Below are positions 38,895-48,974 of a stretch of DNA of 64,000 nt, piece after piece; the stretch's first letter is position 1, and each line of letters opens with the position of its first letter. Position numbers and translations under genes: made by a program. Source of the DNA: Chthoniobacteraceae bacterium (GTDB lineage Bacteria; Verrucomicrobiota; Verrucomicrobiia; Chthoniobacterales; Chthoniobacteraceae); NCBI GenBank assembly GCA_031409335.1, contig JANNWY010000071.1, forward strand, positions 1-64,000, in the 5' to 3' direction. The notes under the pieces are model-generated. The model made no database searches. It was not told the origin of the DNA and saw only the letters and a program-made list of their open reading frames with translations.

Positions 38895-39662
38895 ATGCAA
38901 ACAATTAACCCCCAATTGCACCTAAAAGTGTCCTGCACATCGAACGATTCCCCAACTTCAGGTCAGCCACCTGCGCCCGAAGAACAGTACTATGGCGTCA
39001 ATGCGCTCCCTCGCTGGAAGCGCATTTTCGATGTTCTCGTCATCTTCGCAGCCGCTCCCATCTGGTTTCCGATCATGATCTGCATCTCGTGCTGGATCAA
39101 ACTTGTCTCGCCAGGGCCAGTCTTCTTTCGCCAGCAGCGGGTTGGTTTGCACGGCAGGAAGTTTATGATGCTAAAGTTTAGGAGCATGAAACCCCATGCG
39201 GAAACGGACAACCACGAGAATCACTTCGATCACCTCGTTCAGAGCAATCGACCAATGACGAAACTGGATGTTGCCGGCGACCATCGCATGATCTTTAGCG
39301 GTTGGATTCTTCGAGCGACGGGCCTTGATGAATTGCCGCAACTTTTCAATGTCATCCGCGGCGATATGAGCCTCGTCGGCCCGCGACCCTGCACACCTCG
39401 CGAACTCGCAAATTTTCAACCCGCTCAATTAGAACGTTTCAATGCGACTCCCGGACTAACCGGTTACTGGCAGGTCAACGGCAAAAACAGGACGACATTT
39501 AACGAAATGATCGACTTGGATGTCTTTTACGCACGCCACCTATCGCTGCGGCTCGATTTGGCGATCATTCGCAAAACCCTTCCCGCCCTGCTCGCGCAAG
39601 TCTCCGATTCGCAAAAAGTCCGCGAGCCGTCTGGCGTCCAGAAGACTCGAACTGCAAACTGA
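38895..39662 (+). CDS. Priming glycosyl-1-phosphate transferase (bacterial sugar transferase)
   Basis: KRIFD, GPVFFRQQRVG, KFRSM, LDELPQLFNVIRGDMSLVGPRP, PGLTGYWQV. Confidence 0.93.
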   Translation: MQTINPQLHLKVSCTSNDSPTSGQPPAPEEQYYGVNALPRWKRIFDVLVIFAAAPIWFPIMICISCWIKLVSPGPVFFRQQRVGLHGRKFMMLKFRSMKPHAETDNHENHFDHLVQSNRPMTKLDVAGDHRMIFSGWILRATGLDELPQLFNVIRGDMSLVGPRPCTPRELANFQPAQLERFNATPGLTGYWQVNGKNRTTFNEMIDLDVFYARHLSLRLDLAIIRKTLPALLAQVSDSQKVREPSGVQKTRTAN

Positions 39663-39793
39663 AACGCGGGCGCGCGGAAAAAAACAGTGAGCGAGTCGGC
39701 CCCTTGGCCGGGCGGATGCCCTACCCATTTCCGCCACCGCCTGAGCACTCAGAGTCCTGTGCGCGTATCAGCCTAACCACAACACACAAACCC

Positions 39794-40888
39794 ATGAAAA
39801 AAAACCTCTCCATCGGAGTCATCGGATGCGGCTACTGGGGACCAAATCTGGTCCGAAACTTCAACGGGCTCTCCAATTGCACGCTCAAGATGATGTGCGA
39901 CCTCGACGAGGACCGATTGCGGCACTTGCGGAGCCTATACCCCGCAGTAGAAGGAACAACCGACCACACCCATATGTTAAACGGTGCAGATCTGGATGCC
40001 GTGGTGATTGCCACACCAGTGAAACATCACCACCCGCTGGCAAAGGCAAGTCTTCTAGCCGGGAAACATACCTTCATCGAAAAACCGATGGCATCATCTT
40101 CCGCCGAGTGTGAGGAGTTAATCGCCATCGCCGACAAGAAAGGCTTGGTCTTAATGATAGGCCACACCTTCCTCTATTCCGCCCCGGTTCGGAAGATTCA
40201 GGAAGTGATCAAAAATGGCGATATTGGCGAGATCCGTTCGATCAATTCCAGACGTTTGAACTTGGGACTGTTTCAAAAAGACATCAATGTCGCCTGGGAC
40301 CTCGCTCCCCATGACATATCGATCGTTCTGCACATCCTTGGCGAATCGCCACTCGTGGTAAACTGCCAGGGGAACGCCCACGTTACACCTGGTATTGAGG
40401 ACGTGACCAATCTTTCCCTCACATTTAGTGGAAACCGCTTTGTTTCCATTCAAAGTAGCTGGCTGGAGCCCAGGAAGGTGCGGGAAATGACAATCGTGGG
40501 AACCCGCAGGATGATCGTCTATGATGATTTGCAATCGAACGAAAAGATCCGCATCTACGATGTCCGAGTCGATCGCCCGCCGCACTACGATTCTTTCGCC
40601 GAGTTCCACTATTCCTACCACTACGGCGACAGCTATATTCCGCATCTCAAGCAAGAAGAGCCTCTCAAAGAACTGTGCCAGCATTTCGTCGATTGCATCA
40701 GGACCGGGGCAACTCCGCTGAGTTGCGGTCGCCACGGCTTGGAGTTGGTTAGAATTCTGGAAGCTGCCTCCGCGTCATTGAAAGCGCAAGGTGCGCCGAT
40801 TAAATTTTCCGAACACCAAGAACCAGCGCAGTCAACTCCGCCGGGACGCCGCGGCAAGTCCGCAAACAACATTCTCTCCGCAGCGTAG
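39794..40888 (+). CDS. Gfo/Idh/MocA oxidoreductase (WbpB-like)
   Basis: IGVIGCGYWG, IEKPM, WDLAPHD. Confidence 0.88.
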   Translation: MKKNLSIGVIGCGYWGPNLVRNFNGLSNCTLKMMCDLDEDRLRHLRSLYPAVEGTTDHTHMLNGADLDAVVIATPVKHHHPLAKASLLAGKHTFIEKPMASSSAECEELIAIADKKGLVLMIGHTFLYSAPVRKIQEVIKNGDIGEIRSINSRRLNLGLFQKDINVAWDLAPHDISIVLHILGESPLVVNCQGNAHVTPGIEDVTNLSLTFSGNRFVSIQSSWLEPRKVREMTIVGTRRMIVYDDLQSNEKIRIYDVRVDRPPHYDSFAEFHYSYHYGDSYIPHLKQEEPLKELCQHFVDCIRTGATPLSCGRHGLELVRILEAASASLKAQGAPIKFSEHQEPAQSTPPGRRGKSANNILSAA

Positions 40889-41379
40889 TGGAGCAACCCA
40901 CTTATCAACGCATCGCACCGGATGTTGTGCTTGGGCGCAACGTCAAAATCCAAGCCTTTGTGAACCTCTACGGATGCGAAATCGGAGATGAAACCCGGAT
41001 TGGCACATTTGTGGAGATTCAAAAAGGAGTCAAAATTGGTGAACGCTGCAAGATTCAAAGTCACACCTTTATATGCGAAGGCGTTACAATCGAATCAGAG
41101 GTTTTTGTTGGACACGGCGTCACGTTCATAAACGACCGCCAGCCGCGCGCCACAAGCGGGAGCGGTGCGCTCCAGACAGAAGATGACTGGACATGCCAGC
41201 GCACTCTGGTCAAGCAGCGCGCGTCGATCGGTTCGGGTGCCACTCTGCTCGGAGGCATCACGATCGGCGAAAATGCGTTGATTGGCGCAGGGAGTGTCGT
41301 AACCAAAGACGTCCCCGCTAACGCAGTCGTCGCAGGCAATCCCGCCAAAGTTCTGAAAATTTCCGCTCCCACACATTGA
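40888..41379 (+). CDS. Hexapeptide-repeat N-acetyltransferase (WbpD-like)
   Basis: IGTFVEIQ, KIQSHTFICEGV, IGAGSVVTKDVP, VAGNPA. Confidence 0.9.
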   Translation: MEQPTYQRIAPDVVLGRNVKIQAFVNLYGCEIGDETRIGTFVEIQKGVKIGERCKIQSHTFICEGVTIESEVFVGHGVTFINDRQPRATSGSGALQTEDDWTCQRTLVKQRASIGSGATLLGGITIGENALIGAGSVVTKDVPANAVVAGNPAKVLKISAPTH

Positions 41380-42500
41380 TCATGCAAGTTCCTTACCTGA
41401 ATTTAAAAGCCCAACACGCTCCCTACAAACAGGAATTCGCGGCTGCCATCCAAGAAGTCATTGATGCCGGTGCCTTTGCGGGAGGTCCGTTCGTTACTGC
41501 TTTTGAAGAAGATTTTTCGGCCTACTCCGAATGCCAGCATGCCATCGGCTTGGGAAGTGGAACCGACGCAATCTGGCTGACGCTGCTGGCGTTGGGTGTC
41601 GGCCAGGGCGACGAAGTGATTACCGTGTCGAATAGTTTCATGGCGACCGCCGAGGCAATATCGTACTGTGGCGCAACGCCGGTGTTCGTAGATGTCGATG
41701 AACACGCTCATACCATGGACGCGTCCGCGCTTGGGAAGGCGATCACGCTTCGGACGAAGGCCATCATTCCCGTCCAACTTTTTGGCCAGCCAGCGGACAT
41801 GGATGCGATCCTTCAAGTCGCGCGTGAACACGCTCTTCCCGTAGTCGAAGACGCCTGCCAGGCGCATGGCGCGCGTTACAAGGGACGGCGCTGCGGCACC
41901 CTCGGTATTGCAGGCAGCTTCAGCTTTTACCCTGGAAAAAACCTTGGTGCATTCGGCGAAGCAGGAGGTGTGACGACCAACGATGCCGATCTCGCGCAAA
42001 AGATCCGCGTGCTCCGCGATCACGGTCAAATCCGTAAGTATCATCACACCATGATCGGCTGGAACTGCAGGATGGATGGCATCCAGGGAGCAGTCCTGCG
42101 CATCAAACTCCGTCAGCTTGAACAAGGGAATGATCTCCGGCGCTCCCATGCAGCCCGCTACAATGAAGGATTCGCCGGAATGCCCGAAATCATCACTCCC
42201 GCCGAGATGGACTACGCCCGGCATGTCTATCATATCTATCCCATTCGCGCGCAGAATCGCGACCGTCTCATGCGGTCACTCGAAGCAAAGGGAATCGGCT
42301 GCGGAATTCACTACCCAATCCCCATCCACCTTCAAGAGGCATACCGCAGTCTCGGCCAGTTGCGTGGTTCCTTTCCGATCGCGGAGCGCGCCGCAGATGA
42401 GTTTGTCTCGCTGCCGATGTTCCCCGAACTGACCCATGCCGAGGTTGATAAAGTCATCGCCGCGGTGAAGGAAGCCATTGTCGAGAACCGTCGTAAATAA
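41376..42500 (+). CDS. DegT/DnrJ/EryC1/StrS sugar aminotransferase (WbpE-like)
   Basis: EDACQAHGA, SFYPGKNLGAFGEAG, SLPMFP. Confidence 0.92.
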   Translation: MIMQVPYLNLKAQHAPYKQEFAAAIQEVIDAGAFAGGPFVTAFEEDFSAYSECQHAIGLGSGTDAIWLTLLALGVGQGDEVITVSNSFMATAEAISYCGATPVFVDVDEHAHTMDASALGKAITLRTKAIIPVQLFGQPADMDAILQVAREHALPVVEDACQAHGARYKGRRCGTLGIAGSFSFYPGKNLGAFGEAGGVTTNDADLAQKIRVLRDHGQIRKYHHTMIGWNCRMDGIQGAVLRIKLRQLEQGNDLRRSHAARYNEGFAGMPEIITPAEMDYARHVYHIYPIRAQNRDRLMRSLEAKGIGCGIHYPIPIHLQEAYRSLGQLRGSFPIAERAADEFVSLPMFPELTHAEVDKVIAAVKEAIVENRRK

Positions 42501-43618
42501 TGCCGATCGCGGAGCTGAGTTGTGCTAACTTTCAGAAGCCTTCGGTTCGCGCCGAAAGCACGCTGGCAGCCGCTCCGATTGTGAGAATAGACCCTATCGA
42601 TCCGCTTTCCGACCCCGCATGGGACCGTCTCGCAGGATCGCATCCAGAGTTTACTTTCTTCCACAGTTCCGCCTGGGCAAAGGTTCTCTCGGCCACCTAC
42701 GGACACACGCCGCAATACTACTCGTTCAGCAAAGGAACAAAACTAACAGCGCTACTTCCCATGATGGAAGTGCGGAGTTCGATCACGGGACGCCGCGGTG
42801 TGTGTTTGCCATTTACGGATTCGTGCGGTCCGCTCTACTTTGGCGATGCCCCTCCGACTCACCTCGTGCTGGACCACCTGAGGGAAACGTCCCGGCAACG
42901 TAATTGGCGCTACTTCGAGATGAGACAAAACGAAGGCTGTCTGCCGAATGCGAGGCCTGCTGTGACATTCCACAATCATCTGCTCAATCTGGAAAGCGCG
43001 GAGGATAGTCAATTGCACCAATTTGCAAGCCCTGTCCGTCGTGCCATTAGAAAAGCCGTGCGAAATGGTCTCGAAGCGCGCACCAGCATCGACCGTGCAG
43101 GCATCCTTGAGTTTTACGGGCTTCACCTTCAAACTCGAAAGCGACACGGACTGCCAGGTCAACCAGTTTCGTTTTTTCTAAACATCCAGAAGCACGTGTT
43201 AAGTGCCGGATTGGGCTTCGTCGTGATGGTGCATTTGAAAGAACGACCGGTAGCGGGCGCGGTGTTCTTTCATGCCAACAACAAGGGCATCTACAAATTC
43301 GGCGCTTCCGACGCTTCTTTGAACGAACTTCGCGGGAACAATCTGGCAATGTGGAAAGGGATTGAGACACTCTCGGAACTCGGCGTCACGACTTTGGACT
43401 TTGGCAGGACTTCGCTGGCCAATGACGGATTGCGACGATTCAAATCGTCATGGGCTGCGGAAGAGCGGACCATCGAATACATCAAGTTTGACACGAAGAT
43501 GAACACTTGGGCGGAAGCTCAGGACAACAGCACCGGCATTCACACCAGACTTTTTCGACACCTGCCCATTCGCCTGAATCGCGTGGCAGGAGCTTTGCTA
43601 TATCCTCACTTGGACTAG
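42500..43618 (+). CDS. FemAB-like GNAT protein
   Basis: FHSSAW, LPFTD.CGP, RRAIRKA, YKFGAS, NNLAMW, DFGRT, GLRRFK. Confidence 0.8.
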   Translation: MPIAELSCANFQKPSVRAESTLAAAPIVRIDPIDPLSDPAWDRLAGSHPEFTFFHSSAWAKVLSATYGHTPQYYSFSKGTKLTALLPMMEVRSSITGRRGVCLPFTDSCGPLYFGDAPPTHLVLDHLRETSRQRNWRYFEMRQNEGCLPNARPAVTFHNHLLNLESAEDSQLHQFASPVRRAIRKAVRNGLEARTSIDRAGILEFYGLHLQTRKRHGLPGQPVSFFLNIQKHVLSAGLGFVVMVHLKERPVAGAVFFHANNKGIYKFGASDASLNELRGNNLAMWKGIETLSELGVTTLDFGRTSLANDGLRRFKSSWAAEERTIEYIKFDTKMNTWAEAQDNSTGIHTRLFRHLPIRLNRVAGALLYPHLD

Positions 43619-43648
43619 CTGACACTTATCCCATTCAGGTACCCAAGT

Positions 43649-45928
43649 ATGACTGCCAGCACACGACATTCTCCGCAACCCGCTCCATTCGGAATCGATG
43701 CCCAAGGCGTCATGTTGATTCTCTTCCGTCACAAATGGAAGATTCTCCTCCTGACGATTGCCGGACTCGCGGCCGCAGCAGCCGTTTATCTCCTGCTGCC
43801 GCCGGTTTTTGAATCCAGCGCCAAATTACTCGTGCGATACGTTCTGGAACGCAGTGCGATTGACTCCGTTGACTCAAAGGATGGAACTGGCGGGAATCGC
43901 AACAACGATAGCATCATCAATTCCGAAATCGAAATTCTTACCAGTTGGGATCTGGCGGCTGATGTTGCCGAGCAGATTGGCGTGGAGCGCCTGGCATCAA
44001 AATCCTCTGGCTCATCGAGTAAAGCTGAGGCAGCTCGAGTCATTAGCCTTGGATTGACCGCATCTGCGCTGAAAGGAAGCAATGTCATCACGGTTTCATT
44101 CAGGCATCGTGATCCGGAGATCGCGTCGTTAGTACTTTCCGAACTACTAAGCCGCTATTTTACAAAGCATCTCGAGGTGCATCGCTCCGTAGGCGCATTC
44201 GATTTCGTTACACAACAGACCGATCAAGTCAGGAGTCGACTGAGGCAGACGGAAGAGGAACTTAAAACTTTCAAATCCAAAGCCGGAATCATCTCCCTTC
44301 CTGAAACTACTTCTTCACTCAGCGTGCAGCTCGGAAGGAGCCAGGAAGAACTGCTTGCGGCTGAGGCGCAGCGTGCTGAACAGCTTGCCAGGGTAAAAGA
44401 GTTGGAGAAATGGCTTTCTGGCGGCACCGCCCCTCGGTCGGAACCTGTCGCGACCATTCAAGGAAAAAACTCCGGCCAAACGCCGCAGCCCGGCGACGTT
44501 GTTCCAACCCAACCTGAGACACCGCTTTCACAACCACCTGGCAACTCGGACGTGCAAAAGTATGACGCGTTGAACGACCGGATTGCCCGTGAACGCCAGC
44601 TTGAGCTTAGTCTTCTCGCAAAATACACACCCGAGAATGAATTGGTAAAGCAATGCCAGGGACAGATCGCGACTCTGGATCGCCAAAAACGAGACTTTGA
44701 GAAGCGTTTCCCAAGTCTAGTTGCAGTTGCGCCCGGCAAACCAAACACCGCGAAAGTTTCTCAGGTTGATCTCGTGTCAGAGCGAGCGCGCCTGGCAGCA
44801 GTGGAGGCGAAGACTGAAACGCTTCGCGCTCAAGTCCGGGCGGCGCAGGAAAAGATCAAGCAATTCTCTGAGGTCGGAACACAAATCTCAGAGCTGGAAC
44901 GACGGAAAGATGTGGAGGAGACAAACTACAAATACTTTGAGTCGAGCCTTGAAAAAGCGCGAATCGACGAAGCGCTCGATCCATCAAAGATTCCAAACAT
45001 CAACGTCGTCCAGAAGCCGTCCCCACCCGCCAAGGTCGTCGATCAGCTCCGGAAACTGGTGCTGGGTATTGCCGCTGGCGGCCTTGCCCTGGGAATCGCC
45101 ATTGCCATGTTAGTCGACCTCCTCTTCGACAAGAGTGTAAAATCTGCGCTGGATCTGGAAGGTCGCCTGCGGTTGCCGGTGTTGCGTTCCATTCCACACC
45201 TCTCTCGCAACGGTCATTCGCGGGCACAACTGGGTTATGACGGCAAACCCAGCGCAAAACGAACTTTGAAAGGACGCGAGAACGGCAGCGCCAGCCGCCA
45301 AATTAGTCATCGCATCAAGCCATTTTGCGATGGCATCCGCGATCGGATCATCCTTCACTTTGAAATCAATCGCCTGCTTCACAAACCGAAGCTAATCGCC
45401 GTGACGGGCTGCTCCGAGGGAGTTGGAACTTCCACTATCGCCGCAGGTCTTGCCGCCTCACTATCCGAGACTGGGGACGACAAGGTTTTGCTCGTTGATA
45501 TGAACATGGACCAGGCGAAGGACCATCCTCTGTTTGATCAGACTTCATCTTGCTTGTTGACCGAAGCAATAGAGCCCGGAAAACAAATTGTTTCAGCTGC
45601 GGATAACCTCTACTTGGCGACCGTTGGCGAGAAGAGTGCGGTCCCCGTCCAGATTGGTCCCAAGAAGTTTTATGATCTGCTTCCCCGACTCAAGGCAAGC
45701 GACTTTGACTACATCATCTTTGACATGCCACCCATGAACCAAAGCGGCGCAACGATCTCCGTGGCCGGATTTATGGATAAGGTTCTCCTTGTCGTCGAGG
45801 CGGAAAAAGACACGCGAGTTGCCGTCAAAAGTGCGCATGATGATCTGCTTGCAGCCAAGGCGGATGTCTCAAGTGTTGTGAACAAGACGCGCTCCTATGC
45901 TCCGGAATGGGTCGGACTTGGTGCATGA
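43649..45928 (+). CDS. GumC/Wzc-like polysaccharide co-polymerase with a degenerate kinase domain
   Basis: Wzz-type N-terminus (LFRHKWKI, INSEIEILTS), coiled coils, TM2, P-loop-like AVTGCSEGVGTST, LLVDMN, IIFDMPP. Confidence 0.85.
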   Translation: MTASTRHSPQPAPFGIDAQGVMLILFRHKWKILLLTIAGLAAAAAVYLLLPPVFESSAKLLVRYVLERSAIDSVDSKDGTGGNRNNDSIINSEIEILTSWDLAADVAEQIGVERLASKSSGSSSKAEAARVISLGLTASALKGSNVITVSFRHRDPEIASLVLSELLSRYFTKHLEVHRSVGAFDFVTQQTDQVRSRLRQTEEELKTFKSKAGIISLPETTSSLSVQLGRSQEELLAAEAQRAEQLARVKELEKWLSGGTAPRSEPVATIQGKNSGQTPQPGDVVPTQPETPLSQPPGNSDVQKYDALNDRIARERQLELSLLAKYTPENELVKQCQGQIATLDRQKRDFEKRFPSLVAVAPGKPNTAKVSQVDLVSERARLAAVEAKTETLRAQVRAAQEKIKQFSEVGTQISELERRKDVEETNYKYFESSLEKARIDEALDPSKIPNINVVQKPSPPAKVVDQLRKLVLGIAAGGLALGIAIAMLVDLLFDKSVKSALDLEGRLRLPVLRSIPHLSRNGHSRAQLGYDGKPSAKRTLKGRENGSASRQISHRIKPFCDGIRDRIILHFEINRLLHKPKLIAVTGCSEGVGTSTIAAGLAASLSETGDDKVLLVDMNMDQAKDHPLFDQTSSCLLTEAIEPGKQIVSAADNLYLATVGEKSAVPVQIGPKKFYDLLPRLKASDFDYIIFDMPPMNQSGATISVAGFMDKVLLVVEAEKDTRVAVKSAHDDLLAAKADVSSVVNKTRSYAPEWVGLGA

Positions 45929-45963
45929 TTCGCTGGCCAATTGAATGCCTCCATTAGTTTTTC

Positions 45964-48117
45964 ATGCTTCGTAACAAGCTCTATTTTTGGCTTAAGCCGT
46001 TCATTCCCCTTTCGCTCCGCCTTGCCGCGCGGCGGTGGTTCGTTGCGCACCTTCTGCCCAAAGTTCCGGACAGATGGCCCATCCTGCCTGGCTCAGATCG
46101 CTTGCCAAACAACTGGCCCGGATGGCCCGATGGAAAGCAGTTCGCATTCGTTCTTACTCACGATGTGGAAAGCGAAGCCGGTCTCAAACGCGTAAAAGCG
46201 CTTGCGGAATTTGAGATGACGCTCGGTTTCCGTTCGTCGTTCAACTTCATCCCGGACGGTCCCTACCAAGTAACTCCCGGGCTTCGCCAATGGCTCGTCG
46301 ATAGCGGTTTTGAGGTGGGAGTCCACGATCTTCACCACGATGGAAAGCTCTACCGCAGCCGCAAAGCGTTTCAGCGCAAAGCGGCCCGTATAAATGAATA
46401 CCTGAAGGATTGGCAGGCCGTCGGTTTCCGTTCCGGCTTCATGTTGAACCGCCTGGACTGGCTGCATGAATTGGACGTCACCTATGACGCTTCGACTTTC
46501 GACACTGACCCCTTCGAGCCTCAACCGGAGGGAACGAACACCATATTTCCGTTCTGGATCCCACGACCACCGAATCTCGGCGGGCGAAAAACAGATGACG
46601 GTTACGTCGAACTGCCCTACACATTGCCCCAAGATTCCACCTTGTTTATGCTATTGGGTGAAACCACCCCGGCAATTTGGTTAAAGAAGTTGGATTGGGT
46701 GGCCGAACGCGGCGGAATGGCAGCACTGATCGTTCATCCAGATTACGTGTGCTTTCCCGGCGATGCACCATCCACGCGCACCTTTCCTTTGGCATTTTAC
46801 GAATCCCTCCTCAAGCATGTCAGGAAACAACATAAAAACTTGTTCTGGCACGCCCTTCCCAGGGAGATAGCTTCATTCACAGCCACCCACAAGCCGCTGC
46901 GACACCCGAAGCCAAAACGCATCTGCATGCTTTGCTACTCGCACTATCAGACAGATGCTCGAGTTACCCGCTACGCTGATAGTCTTGCTGATCGTGGGGA
47001 CCATGTCGATGTTATTGCGCTCCGACGAGCCTCTGAAAGCCCGTCCAAAGAAAAACTCGGAGAAGTAAATCTAATTTGCCCGCAGTCTCGTGTTGGAAAG
47101 ACGGAGCAATCGCCTCTCGCTTTTTTGTTTCCGTTGTTGCGCTTTCTGTTTTCGTCCACTTTTCTGATCACAAAGCGACATTTCCACCAGCGCTATGACT
47201 TGCTGCACATTCACAATATGCCGGATTTTCTGGTATTCGCGGCACTCTTTCCGAAGCTCACAGGTGCCAAAGTTGTCTTGGACATTCATGATATTGTTCC
47301 CGAGTTGTATGAGAGCAAGTTCGGCTCCCAAAGCCGGTCTCTTACACTGACGGCGTTAAAGTGGGTAGAAACACTTTCGGCACGTTTTTCGGACCACATT
47401 ATTATTTCCAACCATTTGTGGCGGGACAAGTTTGCAGAACGCAACAATGCCGCTTCCAAATGCTCAGTGTTCATTAACAACGTGGACTCGCAGGTCTTTG
47501 CGGCTCGTCCACGCAATCGGAATGATGGCAAGATTGTTATCTTGTTTCCGGGAGGCTTGCAGTGGCACCAGGGACTTGATATTGCCTTAGAAGCCTTTCA
47601 GGAGGTGAGTAGGCAGCTACCCCATGCGCAGTTTCATATTTATGGGGATGGCATTATGAAACCATCTCTGCTGGCTTTGGCAGCTGAGTTGGGATTCAAC
47701 GGCAACGTCCGCTTTTTCGATCCGTTGCCAGTAAAAGAAATAGCCGCCGTGATGGCGGAGGCGGACTTGGGTGTCGTGCCAAAGCGAGCTGACTCTTTTG
47801 GCAATGAGGCATACAGCACAAAAATCATGGAGTTTATGTCCATGGGCATCCCTGTGGTCATCTCGAACACCAAGATCGACAAATTCTATTTCGACAATTC
47901 AGTAGCGCACTTCTTTGAGTCGGGTAATCCTGACTCCCTGGCGCAAGCGATTCTTGAAGTTCTTGGGAACGATGCCACGCGGCATGAGATGGTAGCTCGC
48001 GCCCGCTCGTATGCGGCGCGCAATAGTTGGGATTCACGCAAGGATGATTATTTTCGGCTCATCGACTCCCTGTCGGATCCCGAGTTTATCCCGTCGAAAC
48101 GCGCAAACGAGGCATGA
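45964..48117 (+). CDS. Fusion of a polysaccharide deacetylase-like domain and a GT4 glycosyltransferase
   Basis: FVLTHDVE, EVGVH, GFRS, ELPYT, IVHPDY; then DARVTR, HIHNMPD, DIHD, KIMEFMSMGIPVV. Confidence 0.85.
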   Translation: MLRNKLYFWLKPFIPLSLRLAARRWFVAHLLPKVPDRWPILPGSDRLPNNWPGWPDGKQFAFVLTHDVESEAGLKRVKALAEFEMTLGFRSSFNFIPDGPYQVTPGLRQWLVDSGFEVGVHDLHHDGKLYRSRKAFQRKAARINEYLKDWQAVGFRSGFMLNRLDWLHELDVTYDASTFDTDPFEPQPEGTNTIFPFWIPRPPNLGGRKTDDGYVELPYTLPQDSTLFMLLGETTPAIWLKKLDWVAERGGMAALIVHPDYVCFPGDAPSTRTFPLAFYESLLKHVRKQHKNLFWHALPREIASFTATHKPLRHPKPKRICMLCYSHYQTDARVTRYADSLADRGDHVDVIALRRASESPSKEKLGEVNLICPQSRVGKTEQSPLAFLFPLLRFLFSSTFLITKRHFHQRYDLLHIHNMPDFLVFAALFPKLTGAKVVLDIHDIVPELYESKFGSQSRSLTLTALKWVETLSARFSDHIIISNHLWRDKFAERNNAASKCSVFINNVDSQVFAARPRNRNDGKIVILFPGGLQWHQGLDIALEAFQEVSRQLPHAQFHIYGDGIMKPSLLALAAELGFNGNVRFFDPLPVKEIAAVMAEADLGVVPKRADSFGNEAYSTKIMEFMSMGIPVVISNTKIDKFYFDNSVAHFFESGNPDSLAQAILEVLGNDATRHEMVARARSYAARNSWDSRKDDYFRLIDSLSDPEFIPSKRANEA

Positions 48118-48974
48118 AAATGCGTTGGGACAGACTCATTTCCCTGCGCGTTGCCCAACCTCTCCTGGCGCTTCGGCCTTGCTCACAACCGCATTTGCCA
48201 GTTTTAATGTATCACAGCATTTCAGAAGACCCCGAACCAAACCGTTCGCCCTACTACAAGGTCTGTACTTCTCCGCAACAATTTGCGGACCAAATACGCT
48301 GGCTTGACGACAACGGCTATTTGGGCGTCAGGCTCGAAACAGGTCTTGCTTGGTTGACTTCAATGATGCCATCATCCAATTGCCGACCTGTCGCGATCAC
48401 GTTTGATGATGGATTCAGGGATTTCTACACGGAAGCTTTCCCGATCCTTCAGCGTCATCGTTTTCAGGCAACGATGTATCTCCCGACCGGATTCATCGCG
48501 GACGAGCGACAAGCATTTCAGTCGCGCGATTGCCTGACATGGACTGAAGTATCTGAACTTCATTCCACCGGAATCGAGTTCGGCTCCCACACGGTTACCC
48601 ACCCGAAGCTGATCGAGTTGGACTGGACGGGGGTCGAGGAGGAATTACGGAAATCAAAATGTATCATTGAGAACCGCCTTGGGACGAGCGTCAATTCGTT
48701 TGCCTATCCCTACGCATATCCTAAAGCCAAAAAGGACTTCGTGACTCGCTTTCGACAAACACTTCAGGCGACAGGCTATCAATCATGCGCCACCACGGAA
48801 GTCGGGCGGCAAAGCCCCGCCGACGACTTGCTTTCAATAAAGCGCCTTCCAGTCAACGATGAAGACGGCGCGACCTTTCTCCGAGCTAAAATCGAAGGCG
48901 CCTACGATTGGCTAGCCATTCCGCAGTCAGCCGCCAAAGCCGCTCGTCACTTTCTGCGATCACATGGCGGATGA
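48114..48974 (+). CDS. Polysaccharide deacetylase (CE4-like)
   Basis: VLMYHSI, ITFDDG, GSHTVTHP, FAYPY. Confidence 0.92.
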   Translation: MKMRWDRLISLRVAQPLLALRPCSQPHLPVLMYHSISEDPEPNRSPYYKVCTSPQQFADQIRWLDDNGYLGVRLETGLAWLTSMMPSSNCRPVAITFDDGFRDFYTEAFPILQRHRFQATMYLPTGFIADERQAFQSRDCLTWTEVSELHSTGIEFGSHTVTHPKLIELDWTGVEEELRKSKCIIENRLGTSVNSFAYPYAYPKAKKDFVTRFRQTLQATGYQSCATTEVGRQSPADDLLSIKRLPVNDEDGATFLRAKIEGAYDWLAIPQSAAKAARHFLRSHGG

